A stretch of 57,219 nt of DNA, the filler included, from Trichosphaerium sp. ATCC 40318 (taxonomy: Eukaryota; Protista; Tubulinea): assembly GCA_038496445.1 (NCBI GenBank). It is 3 parts of 3 records of this genome, joined end to end, with 100 filler letters (N's around TTAATTAATTAA, not from the genome) between each part and the next. Parts side by side here need not be neighbours in the genome. Positions count along the whole stretch, not along the records: positions 1 to 27,128 come from JALMLS010000104.1; 2 more parts are not named here. The stretch is one strand, 5' to 3'. The translations under genes were made by a program, and so were the position numbers. Numbering within the stretch: position 1 is the first letter of the stretch; each line of letters begins with the position of its first letter. A model generated the notes under the pieces. That model was not told where the DNA came from, made no database searches, and saw only the letters and a program-made list of their open reading frames with translations. Positions 12,113 to 22,020 of the stretch are shown here, one piece after another.

Positions 12113-13390
12113 CTAGTACGTATTGCTCATGCAAATATGTACTGGTTGTAGTGCTTGGATGCCTTTATACGTAAGATTTGCACCATACTCGTTATTAAAG
12201 TAAATAGTATGAACTCCTTTTAGTGCTAGAATTCCCTCATCTGTCAAATTGTGACAATGTGACACATTAATAGTATGTACACCTCTCAGCGCTTTGATGC
12301 CCTTGTCTGTAATGTGTATACAACCTTCAAGGTTAATGGTATGGACGCCCGTTAGTTCTTTAATACCTTCATCTGTCACTATTGTTCCTTCGAGATTAAT
12401 GTTATGCACACCTCTGAGCGCCTTGATGCCCTTGTCTGTAATGTATATACAACCTTCAAGGTTAATGGTATGGACGCCCGTTAGTTCTTCAATACCTTCG
12501 TCTGTAATTATGGTTTTAGCAAGGTCAATGTTATGAACGTTTAGCCCTTTGATGCCTTCATTTCCAACGCAAGTGCCTTCAAGACTGATGGTATGAACAC
12601 CTTTTAGAGCTTTAATGCCTGCATTTGTTATTTCGATACAATAAGCAAGGTCAATGGTGTGAACGCCCTTCAGTTCTTTGATGGCTTCATCCGTCACATC
12701 TAATCCTTCAAGGTTAATAGTATGTACTCCTCTTAACGCTTTGATACCGTCATCTGAGACATTTGTTCCGATAAGGTGAATAGTGTGTACTCCTTGAAGT
12801 GCTTTGAGGCCTTCATTTGTCACTCTCATACAATAAGAAAGGTCAATAGTGTGAACGCCCTTCAGTTCTTTGATGGCTTCATCTGTCACATCCAATCCTT
12901 CAAGGTAAATAGTATGTACTCCTCTTAACGCTTTGATACCGTCATCTGACACATTTGTATCTTCAAGGTGAATAGTGTGTACTCCTTGGAGCGCCTTGAG
13001 ACCTTCATCTGTAATGTGCTCACAACTTTTAAGGTTAACGGTATGAACGCCTTGAAGTTGTTTTAAATCCTTATCTGTTATGCTCTTGAATGAGGTTGCT
13101 GAGATTTTACGGCAGCCTTTTAATAACGAATACACTGTATCCTCCATTTCTTTGAGTGGAATAATTAGCGTGTTAGCCACAACACCGGCATATTCTTTGA
13201 TCTTCAAAATGTCCGCTATTGATGATAAATGAACTGTTTTGTAGCCAACGATAACGTGAATGATGTCAGCCATTAAGCTACATGACTGAGCAACAGCGAA
13301 TCGTGATGGTCCGTCTGTGTGAGACAGGATATGTGAAATAACCTCGGTAGGAAAATCAAGAATAGTTGGAGTATTGTATGTCACGTGCAT
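12113..13390 (-). CDS. Intronless F-box/leucine-rich-repeat protein
   Basis: N-terminal ILDFPTEVISHILSH..VAQSC (F-box), followed by more than a dozen 22-23-aa repeats of LxGVHTIxLxxxxITDEGIK. Confidence 0.85.
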   Translation of the reverse strand: MHVTYNTPTILDFPTEVISHILSHTDGPSRFAVAQSCSLMADIIHVIVGYKTVHLSSIADILKIKEYAGVVANTLIIPLKEMEDTVYSLLKGCRKISATSFKSITDKDLKQLQGVHTVNLKSCEHITDEGLKALQGVHTIHLEDTNVSDDGIKALRGVHTIYLEGLDVTDEAIKELKGVHTIDLSYCMRVTNEGLKALQGVHTIHLIGTNVSDDGIKALRGVHTINLEGLDVTDEAIKELKGVHTIDLAYCIEITNAGIKALKGVHTISLEGTCVGNEGIKGLNVHNIDLAKTIITDEGIEELTGVHTINLEGCIYITDKGIKALRGVHNINLEGTIVTDEGIKELTGVHTINLEGCIHITDKGIKALRGVHTINVSHCHNLTDEGILALKGVHTIYFNNEYGANLTYKGIQALQPVHICMSNTY

Positions 13391-14030
13391 CCTATTTTGG
13401 AAAAAACTTAGGTAAAGGTACTTCCGGTTTTAGTTTTTATTTGGGGTACTTTTGTTTTGATATGCGGTTATTAATTGTTACCCTTTCAACTCTTTCAATG
13501 TTTTTTAGATTGTTTGAAAGAACAAGGTCTAGTTGTCCTGAGATGCTTGTGTTTATTGTGTCAACGACATCCTCAAGCTGGTTTATGAATTTGGGATATA
13601 TGGAGGTAACTTTACCAAAGGATTTGGTATGGTGCTTAGAATAATACAATATAACTTGTTCTAATGAAACAGGGCTGAAATTCATGCTTTCCTTTTGTTT
13701 GGGAGAAGATTTTGAACAAAAACTATATGCGACTTTTCACGTGCGTTAAACTATGCTCGGTGTTCACGTGCTAAGTCAATTCTAGGGAAATCTGAAGGGT
13801 ATGTAGCAGAACTAAGGTAATTTGCAAAAAAAAAAAATTACACGTGCGCATATCGTAATCATAGACAACTTATTAAAAACGTGCGCGTCAGCGGTGTATT
13901 ATTACACAATCATAGCCGCACAAACAGTTTTTTTCAGTTTTTTTTGGTTTTGGCTTAAGTTTTATTTCTTTTTGTTCTTTTTGCGTACAAGTTGGTTGGC
14001 AATAACGCACGATCATAAAAAGACCTTGTC

Positions 14031-15868
14031 ATGTTATTTCGCGTCACTAACAGATGCGGTAGCAAGATATACGCTACAAAATCTAATTTACGTAAAGGTT
14101 AGTGTATTCCGAGTCGATTCTGAAGCTTTTAATCGTGTGAAATCAGAAAAGCGTCAAAAAACAGATAAAAATGTTTTAGTACCGCTTTACACGCTTTACA
14201 CAGTATTATTAAGCGAACTGGCCACTAATTGGAAATAGAAACACGAGTGGCACAACCAGTACGCTCAATATGGGGTTGGGGAGCGAAATCTAGCCAAAGC
14301 GACGTAGTATCGAAAAACAGAAAGACTCTAGACAGCATACAACAAGAACTTGGTTTAAATAAACCAGAGGACTGGTATAATGTTACTGAAGAGGATGTAG
14401 TACTCCACGGTGGTGTACGCGTTTTGAAAGCGTACGTTCTGACTCTGCAGCGTCAATACTCTTTTAAGCGCCACTGACATGTAACCTAGTAACGAGGGGT
14501 CTCTATCAAGGGCTTTGGCAGCAGAATATCCGGAAACAAAATGGGACAGACTAAAATTCAGGTACACAAGCGCTTTAGAGCTTCATCACAGTGTAGTCGT
14601 CGTTTAACGCTTTGAACAGTAAATCTCTGAGGTTACATTATCAAAACATCAACACTCAGCGTAAAGTATTCGACGCTATTGGCAAAGAGCTTGGCATAGA
14701 GAACGTTGACGAATGGGATGCAGTTGGCGAAAAAGATTTTAAAAACGCAGGAGGTTTGCGTATACTTGGTCTGTACGCATAGAAATAACTAGAGGAGGTC
14801 AGCTCTTCCGTTTTTAACAGAAACCAAGCGTATCTTGAATCTTCATCCTAATTCCATTCGTTACCCGTATTCGTGTCTTACATCTTCTTTTAGCTATGGA
14901 GGGTCAATGCAAAAGGCACTAGAACGCGTTTACTCCAGATCTGCAACAGCCGCTAAAAAAAAGAAGTGCGTCTCAATTGCAACCCCTTTGTTGACAAGTG
15001 GATTGATTATATATTGATTGGTTTGATCCTTAGGCAAGGCAGTGTTAGACACTCTAAGAAACAACAAACTCTATCAATTCTTGAACAAAGAAAGATTGTC
15101 TCGTTTCTAGGAGAGCGTCTTAAAGTCCAACATCCTCAAGATTGGTATGAGATACACTTCTTGGAATTGTACAAGCTCCTACCACCAAAGGAGAGAAAGG
15201 TTTTACTCAGACCGTACGCACCATAGAATTTATTTAACCAGGCTCTAAGGCAATTTATTGACAAGACTGTGATTAGGTATGGTGGAGTGTTTTTTGAGCT
15301 GTTGAAGGCAACAATTCCAAATTTCCCTTGGAAAAAAGAAGACTTTGAGTACGTTCCTACATGACACACTCTTTATTTCCCCTTTGACTGATCATATCGC
15401 CTTTAGTGATGTATGTATGGTAAATGCAGAAGATGGTATGCCTTTTTAGCCAAAAGCTAGAAATGCAATGTAGCTTCAAGTCTTCTAACTAAAAAATCAC
15501 GTGTCAGTTTTTTTTATTGACTTGTTTTATGTTTAGAGTTATCTCGCCTTGATCATAAAACTGGTAGTATTAATTACCACACAACCTTGACAAAGCAAGG
15601 TGCTATTTCAAAGAAGCATTGTACCATTTTGGGTATTGATGAGAGAGCAACTGTTAAGCAGATAAAGCAAGCATACAAAGAAAAAATTAAAATATGGCAT
15701 CCGGGTATGAATGGCCGTCAAGTGCATTCTGTATCTTTGTGTGCTAACTATTATTTAGATAAGGCCAAACCAGATCAAAAAGAGTATGCAGATGGAGTAT
15801 TTAAGGAAATCACTGCAGCTTATGAGCAATTAATGTCAACAAGAGATCCAAAAGCAGAAAAAAGCTAA
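14031..15868 (+). CDS. Protein with mitochondrial-presequence-like N-terminus, three ~60-aa W-containing repeats and a C-terminal DnaJ domain
   Basis: Starts MLFRVTNRCGSKIYATKSNLRK. Repeats: ELGLNKPEDWYNV / ELGIENVDEWDAV / RLKVQHPQDWYEI. J-domain ILGIDERATVKQIKQAYK..WHP|D..FKEITAAYEQL, with HPD split by an intron. Confidence 0.7.
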
Positions 15869-16024
15869 ACACCCAACGTTTTTGTAACATGGATGCTTCA
15901 TTAAAATTTGTATAAAATGATGTAACCATATAAGAATTTTACATGTGCTGCGGCTTGCACCATTTTGCTTGCTGAAATAACGTTATTGCAATTATTGTGG
16001 CACAATGACCAGTCTTTGTTGAGC

Positions 16025-16311
16025 GCCAAACAGTTTGTGCCTGTAGTGCTTGCAAAACAACAACACAATGAAATGTAGATAAAAACACATAAAGTACAAA
16101 CAAATGTGTGTAAGCGAGGAAGGTGAGTGCCAACAGAAACAGGTGTGAAAGCAATGTATATTATACAGAATTGGTGGAAGTAATTTGCTTTAAAAGGACA
16201 TCTAATAAGCCAATGTAGCTCAGTCGGTAGAGCGTTAGCCTTTTAAGCTAATGGTCGCGGGTTCGAGCCCCGTCATTGGCTAGTTTTTGCTCTACCGTCC
16301 AAGCGTTTTGC
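16025..16311. repeat. Left arm of ~287-bp inverted duplication containing tRNA-Lys
   Basis: Reverse complement of 21611-21898 with only a few substitutions/indels. Confidence 0.95.
16209..16281 (+). tRNA. tRNA-Lys(UUU)
   Basis: Acceptor GCCAATG/CATTGGC, D-arm GCTCAGTCGGTAGAGC, anticodon arm TTAGC-CTTTTAA-GCTAA, T-loop GTTCGAG, followed by a T5 Pol III terminator. Confidence 0.95.
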
Positions 16312-17340
16312 CATTTTGCACTTTGGTAGAGTTTATTTGGAGAGGGTGTAAAATCCGCGTGATAAGTGTAAAAATCCGCAAGCGAGGATTTTTACCTAGT
16401 GCAGTATAAAAAATACCAACAATAACGTTTTGTATTACAACGTTGTCTTGGTCCTCACAAGTCCCGTGGCAGATTTACGTAAATCGCATTTATTTACGCC
16501 TGTACAATTAAAAACAACCACGCATAAGCAAAAAAGCTACTGTTGCAGTATTAATGCTGTAGTTGTACCATTAACTCCCGTGATGGTATCGCTGCATAAT
16601 TTTTTATAAATAACATAGCGTACGCAATTTTATGTAAGGTTGAGAGCATAAAGGCAATAATTGGCGTCAGATGGCGATGGACAGTAAACCACGTGTTTTA
16701 GATAAAAAGGTTCAAAACACTGTATACATTGACAAATTAGTGAGCATAATATCACAAATTACAGTTAAAAAAGAGGCAAGCTAAAAATGACAATTTGTCA
16801 TATTTTCAAACTCAAATTTTTTTTTTTTAAACGCCTACGCTATCTTTACGCGTAGAAAACACCTCTGACCATAGTTTTAAAAAAAAACTGGTTTTTCCAA
16901 ATTTTTTTTTGTCTGGTTTTGTCACTTGGTCTTTGTTTGGCCTAAAATATGTTAAGAACATGTTCTAGACCTTCTTTGTTTCCCCACCTTTTTGCTGTTT
17001 TCCCAATTTTTTTTTTTGACAGGTGGGCACTGTGCCTCTTACCAAACAGAAAAGAGTATGCCATAGCCATTTTCGTTACATACCATGAGCGTTGGTAGCT
17101 GTTTAAGAATTTGTGTGGATTACAAAAACTCTCTTTTTTGTTAAGGGCAAGTTATGTTTATTAGCATGCATTTTTGGTGTATACTGCTCCTGTAGGATTA
17201 AAGATTTGACGTGTGCCAAAAAAACTTTTTTTTTTTGGTTTATTTGTTTTTACCCTGTTTCTCTGTTTAAACGTGTAGTTGAGAAAACTATTCAACGCAC
17301 ACACTAAGTACAAGCTTTTTGATGCATAACATGGCTTTAT

Positions 17341-20300
17341 TTATACGTCATAGACAATAGTTTTTTTGTGAGTACGGGGTGGTAAGTCTCCTGTGATCAT
17401 GGTGAACTGCCTCATCAAAGAAGGCTTACAGAGTGCATTTGCTTCTTCATCCTCACTTTCCTCAGATTCTATTTTCAAATTAATGAGTAATTTAAAACGT
17501 TAAAAACAAATAAAAAGTTTGGTGTACGAACGTGAATCTGCTACTTGTGGGATTGGTGCACCAGTACTGTATGAATTATTTTCTTCTTGGACAGGCATTG
17601 ATATTGCTGGCAAAGGTACGTGGCGTGCGTCAGGTATTGGCAAAGAAAAAACAGACGGAGAATCCAGTGGTTCCAGTTCAAGCTCAATTTCTAGTTCAGA
17701 AAGTGGCAAAGAGGACTGGGATGCGGCCTGAGAAAGCACTGGTGAAGAGGACACAAATGGTGAGGGTGTCAGTGTAGTTGAAGCTTGTTTGTTGTAGTTC
17801 TCCCGTTGCTCTTTGTTATTTTTACGAGCAGTGCGTTTATTTAGTGTAGCAAGCTGAGGACCGTTTCCTGAATTAATTAGCATTTAAAAAAAGTAAAATT
17901 ACTTAACTGTGTATTGCATTAAGAGCTTGCTCATTTGTAACAGTTTCTTCATCAAAACCTTGCATAACCAATTGAACAGCAATAATATGTTTGCAAATTA
18001 TACCATGACGTTTAAAGTAATCACATCCACATACAGGAATAGCGGCGTTAACAGGATAACTAACCTTTTTATCAAGAGCAGATATACACACATGCATCTT
18101 ACGGCCAACAACATCTTCAACAAGTTTTACATGACCCTTAAAAAAAAATAAACAAAATGTTTAATACCAAATTACAGTTACGTACGTTCAATGCAAGGTT
18201 TCGAGCTTGTTGTTGTTTTTGTTCATCCCGCAAATGCCCAACAGATTTGATTAAATGAGTACCGCCAGTTGCTTCAATTGCGCGCTGTATAACACAATGG
18301 TTTTCCAATATCGCTGGAAGTATCTTTATACAGTGGCTTATGCCGTAGCGATGTTGAGAAAACCCTTTTTGCAAATCAACTTTTAATGAGTTAACTTTCT
18401 GCAACGTACCATAAATAGTCATGAACTGCTTCCATTGGGTTTCTACTTTATTGTTAGTGTTAAATAAGCCCAATCGACTTGGTCGGCCATAATCAGGCCA
18501 ATGTTTGTGCCAGTTTTCACATAGCCTAAACAGAAAGTTAATGGTGCAACTATTTGTGCTTTGTACCAATTTTTTTCCCAATACAAATAGAATTCATTTG
18601 CCGGCTCAAGCTTCAACTCATCTTTTTTATCTGTCTTTACAGCCTCTTTATCATGCCACACCAAACATTTGGCTTTACAATAAGCTAGAAAAGATTGCGA
18701 CAACTCAGTTAAGTTGTCGTCAAAAATAGTGTGTTCCATTTTAATCAGTTCATCCATGAATTCAACACTTACAAACATGTCAACACATCGCAAACATATT
18801 GTACGTACTATTTATCAGAGTTTCTTTTAAAGTGCATACAGGAAACAATTTTTTTACCCCATGTTTGTCGATAGTGGAATTGGCACAGTATAAACAATAA
18901 GCCAGCTTCCAAAATTGCTTTTCGTTCAGCTGGATCTTTATCGATCATCACTAGAGGATTCCATGGCTGTCCATCTAAAAGTGCGTCACAAAGAATGAAA
19001 CAAGAATATATTTACCTCCTTGCAATTTCGTTTTAATTATCATCAAAAATGTTTTAATATTTTCATAACAATTAGAAGCAGCAATACATATTGCTCCTAA
19101 AAAACCTCTTCTTGTGTGTGCTTCCTCACATACTAACCCCCAAATAGGAAATGAGTATGTGTTGAATTTATATACGCTATCCAAGCCAACAATCTTTGAG
19201 CCATATTTTTTCAAGTACTTTAAGCCTTGTTGAGTGCCCAACACAACAACAAAATTACTGTTCTCTTTGGTTGGCAGATTTTCATCAAGTGTGGGATACA
19301 AAATGTAGTCTTTGAATAGAGGGTCACGCAAAAAGTTACGAACTTCATCAATTATATCTTTCGACCTATTATTATTTTTAGATGTACAACAACAATAAAG
19401 AAAGTGCAACATACGGAGGAGTTTTTTGGTTTGCTCTGAGCCATTGTTTGATTTTTGGTGTACCTATAATCCATTCTTTTGCTTCGATATCATTTATCAA
19501 TGGTTTGTTTCCATTTTTTTGTTGAATGCTACGCCGTAATTTGGGTAGCACCTGGTTCATAAATGTAGTGGGTTTAGCTTGTCCGTATCTATTTGATACT
19601 CCAAATTCATCCTCTTCAAGTAGTTTTTTCTTTGCCTAAAGGCGTTACCACAGGGCTGAAACTAAACAAGGCTTTGCCTTAAATATGAAGGCATTTTTTT
19701 AAAATCAGGCATTGATGGCAAAAATCAGGCATTTAAAAATGGCAATGCCTGATCTTGCAAAGGCAATGGCAACAAAGGCAAAAATCAGGCATTGAAATAA
19801 GGCTTTGTTGGGCATTGCCTCAATTGTTGCAAAGCCTTGTTTTTTTTAGGCAATGCCTGCCCTATTTTTTTTATGCATTGCCAGCTTTAAATTTACAGGC
19901 AATAATTAGGCATTGGTTGTGTATACATTGTACATTAAGGATGCATTGGTTTAAGGTAAGTCTCCACCACACCAACACTTCCTAAACTTTTTTTTTCATT
20001 TACTACTGACGTTTTATATAGACGCCGTCACCACGCGCTTAGTATTTTATGGATTCTAACGAAACCGCCGCCATTCGAACCGCAGCACCCAAATCCACCT
20101 ACAACAGGAGTATAGGTACTTTAAACCATTTTTCCAGTCCGCGAAAATTATACCAATAATTTGTTAATTTTTTTTTTTAACTAAAGGTTTTTTTTCACAT
20201 GGAGGACATTGAAGTTTTTTGTGTTTTGTGTACTGTACTTTAATAAATGAATCACTATTGTATGCCTATATAAAGCCTTGTTTTATGAGTATATGGTGCC

Positions 20301-21053
20301 TGAGTTATGCCCAAAAATTGAGGGCAAAAATGCCTCATTGTTGCACTAAAAATGAGGCATTATTGGACCAACAATGCAGGCTATTTTAAGGCTAATTAGT
20401 GAACCAGTTGCTTGCTATTTGGCCCAAATATGAGGCTCTAAAGCCCAAAATTACAAGGCAATGCCTCATATTTGCTCATTTTTTTTGGCAAAAACAAGGC
20501 AATTTGGTGAAAAATAAGGCTGTATTTGGTGGCAAAAAAATGGCTTTTGTAAAAAAAGCCTTATTTAGTTTCAGCCCTGCACGTTTAATCGAAACAACAA
20601 TGGCCATACTAAGTGTTGAAAGTATGATTTTGATATTTCATCTCTGGATTCCCAATCTTGGCTATGCTGCCCTTTTAAGGTGATTGTAGTTGTCGCAGGA
20701 GTGTCTCGTAGAATTTTCCAAGTCAATTCACAAGAGCAACCTTCAGAACAAGTGTAACACACCAACGTTTCTTTGCATAATAAAGAGTTGCGTTTAGAAG
20801 GATTGTTGGGAATATTGAAGTGCTTTAAAGCACGTTCACCTTCAAACCGTGGATTAGTAAAGTTTCGACCTCCCAATACCTCTTTACACTTTGTGATCTT
20901 ATTTCCGCAACGCATGGTTATCTTTTTCCCTTTTTTTTTACCATTTTTTGGTGTGAATCGGCAACCCCATTCCGCCATAAAGATTGTTGTTTTATTGTGT
21001 TCATGTAGAAACTTGGGTAAATCACAAGTGTTTATTACCACAACCTTTGCCAT
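17341..21053 (-). CDS. MULE DDE transposase with SWIM zinc finger (spliced)
   Basis: VGLDSVYKFN (D1), VMIDKD (D2), LCQFH, TNNKVE (E), SWIM CGCDYFKRHGIICKH. The exons join in frame through short GT-AG introns. Confidence 0.9.
19651..20579. mobile_element. Non-autonomous TIR element (MITE-like, 929 bp), copy 1
   Basis: TIR CAGGGCTGAAACTAAA(C/T)AAGGCTTT, 2-bp TSD CA, AGGC/GCCT-rich subterminal repeats. A second copy is at 43658-44586. Confidence 0.92.
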
Positions 21054-21610
21054 TGCAAAAACAATTTGACAGGCTAAATCTGTGAGTTACAGGTAAAATC
21101 CGGACCACGACAACACGTGTAACACAAAACGCTATTATTGGTATTTTTTCTACCACACTAGGTAAAAATCCTCGCTCGCGGATTTTTACGCTGATCACGC
21201 GGATTTTACACCCTCTCCAGTTTATTTCCCTTTTAGTAGTCATTACGGAACTCAGATCTAATTTTTTGGACACGTCTTGGCTTGCTGTTACCATAAACCT
21301 TGAGAGGTTGTACAAAACCCATTTCGTTAACACCTGTTAGGACGAACAAGTACAAACGTGTGGATTGTTGCATTTTACGCTCTCCAGATTTGTGACTTTC
21401 TGTTCTTATGGCCATGTTAAGTACTGCATGAGGATACACTAATGGTATAGCTTGCAGCGTCTCGAAATCAGCCTTAGCGCTAGCATAAAATAGCGTTTTC
21501 AGATCAAATCCGTTGTAATAGCAAACAAGGTGTCTTGAACACTAATACAGTTTAGAGTCAATAAGCGAGTATTTATGCCAGATCTAAAATAGTGCATTTG
21601 CAACAATATA

Positions 21611-21898
21611 GCAAAACGCTCGGACGGTAGAGCAAAAACTAGCCAATGACGGGGCTCGAACCCGCGACCATTAGCTTAAAAGGCTAACGCTCTACCGACT
21701 GAGCTACATTGGCTTATTAGATGTCCTTTTAAAGCAAATTACTTCCACCAATTCTGTATAATATACATTGCTTTCACACCTGTTTCTGTTGGCACTCACC
21801 TTCCTCGCTTACACACATTTGTTTGTACTTTATGTGTTTTATATCTACATTTCATTGTGTTGTTGTTTTGCAAGCACAACAGGCACAAACTGTTTGGC
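21611..21898. repeat. Right arm of inverted duplication containing tRNA-Lys
   Basis: Reverse complement of 16025-16311. Confidence 0.95.
21641..21713 (-). tRNA. tRNA-Lys(UUU), identical second copy
   Basis: Exact reverse complement of 16209-16281. Confidence 0.95.
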
Positions 21899-22020
21899 TG
21901 ATACGCGAGACGAAAGTTTTAGTGTTTATCAGTTGTGTCGTTTATTTGTACATTCACTGTGTGCCATACAACTTTTAAAAATCACCATCAATGGTTATTG
22001 CAATAGGGTGTAATTATACA

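Larger units (their letters stand above)
16339..21218 (-). mobile_element. Mutator-like (MULE) DNA transposon, autonomous-type
   Basis: Imperfect ~115-bp TIRs starting GGAGAGGGTGTAAAATCCGCG (16339-~16454; ~21102-21218). Perfect 9-bp TSD AGTTTATTT at 16330-16338 and 21219-21227. Internal transposase. Confidence 0.95.

Noticed and set aside
19680-19930. Short AGGC/GCCT repeats as a CRISPR-like array
   Set aside because: Irregular subterminal transposon repeats with no repeat-spacer periodicity, in a eukaryotic context.
20399-20683. Near-identical ORFs at 20399 and 44406
   Set aside because: Chance ORFs inside the two MITE copies, with no transposase features.
16025-21898. tRNA-containing inverted repeats as TIRs of one larger transposon
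   Set aside because: No TSD at the outer ends (GTTGAGC vs TGATACG), and the inner MULE has its own TIRs and TSD.
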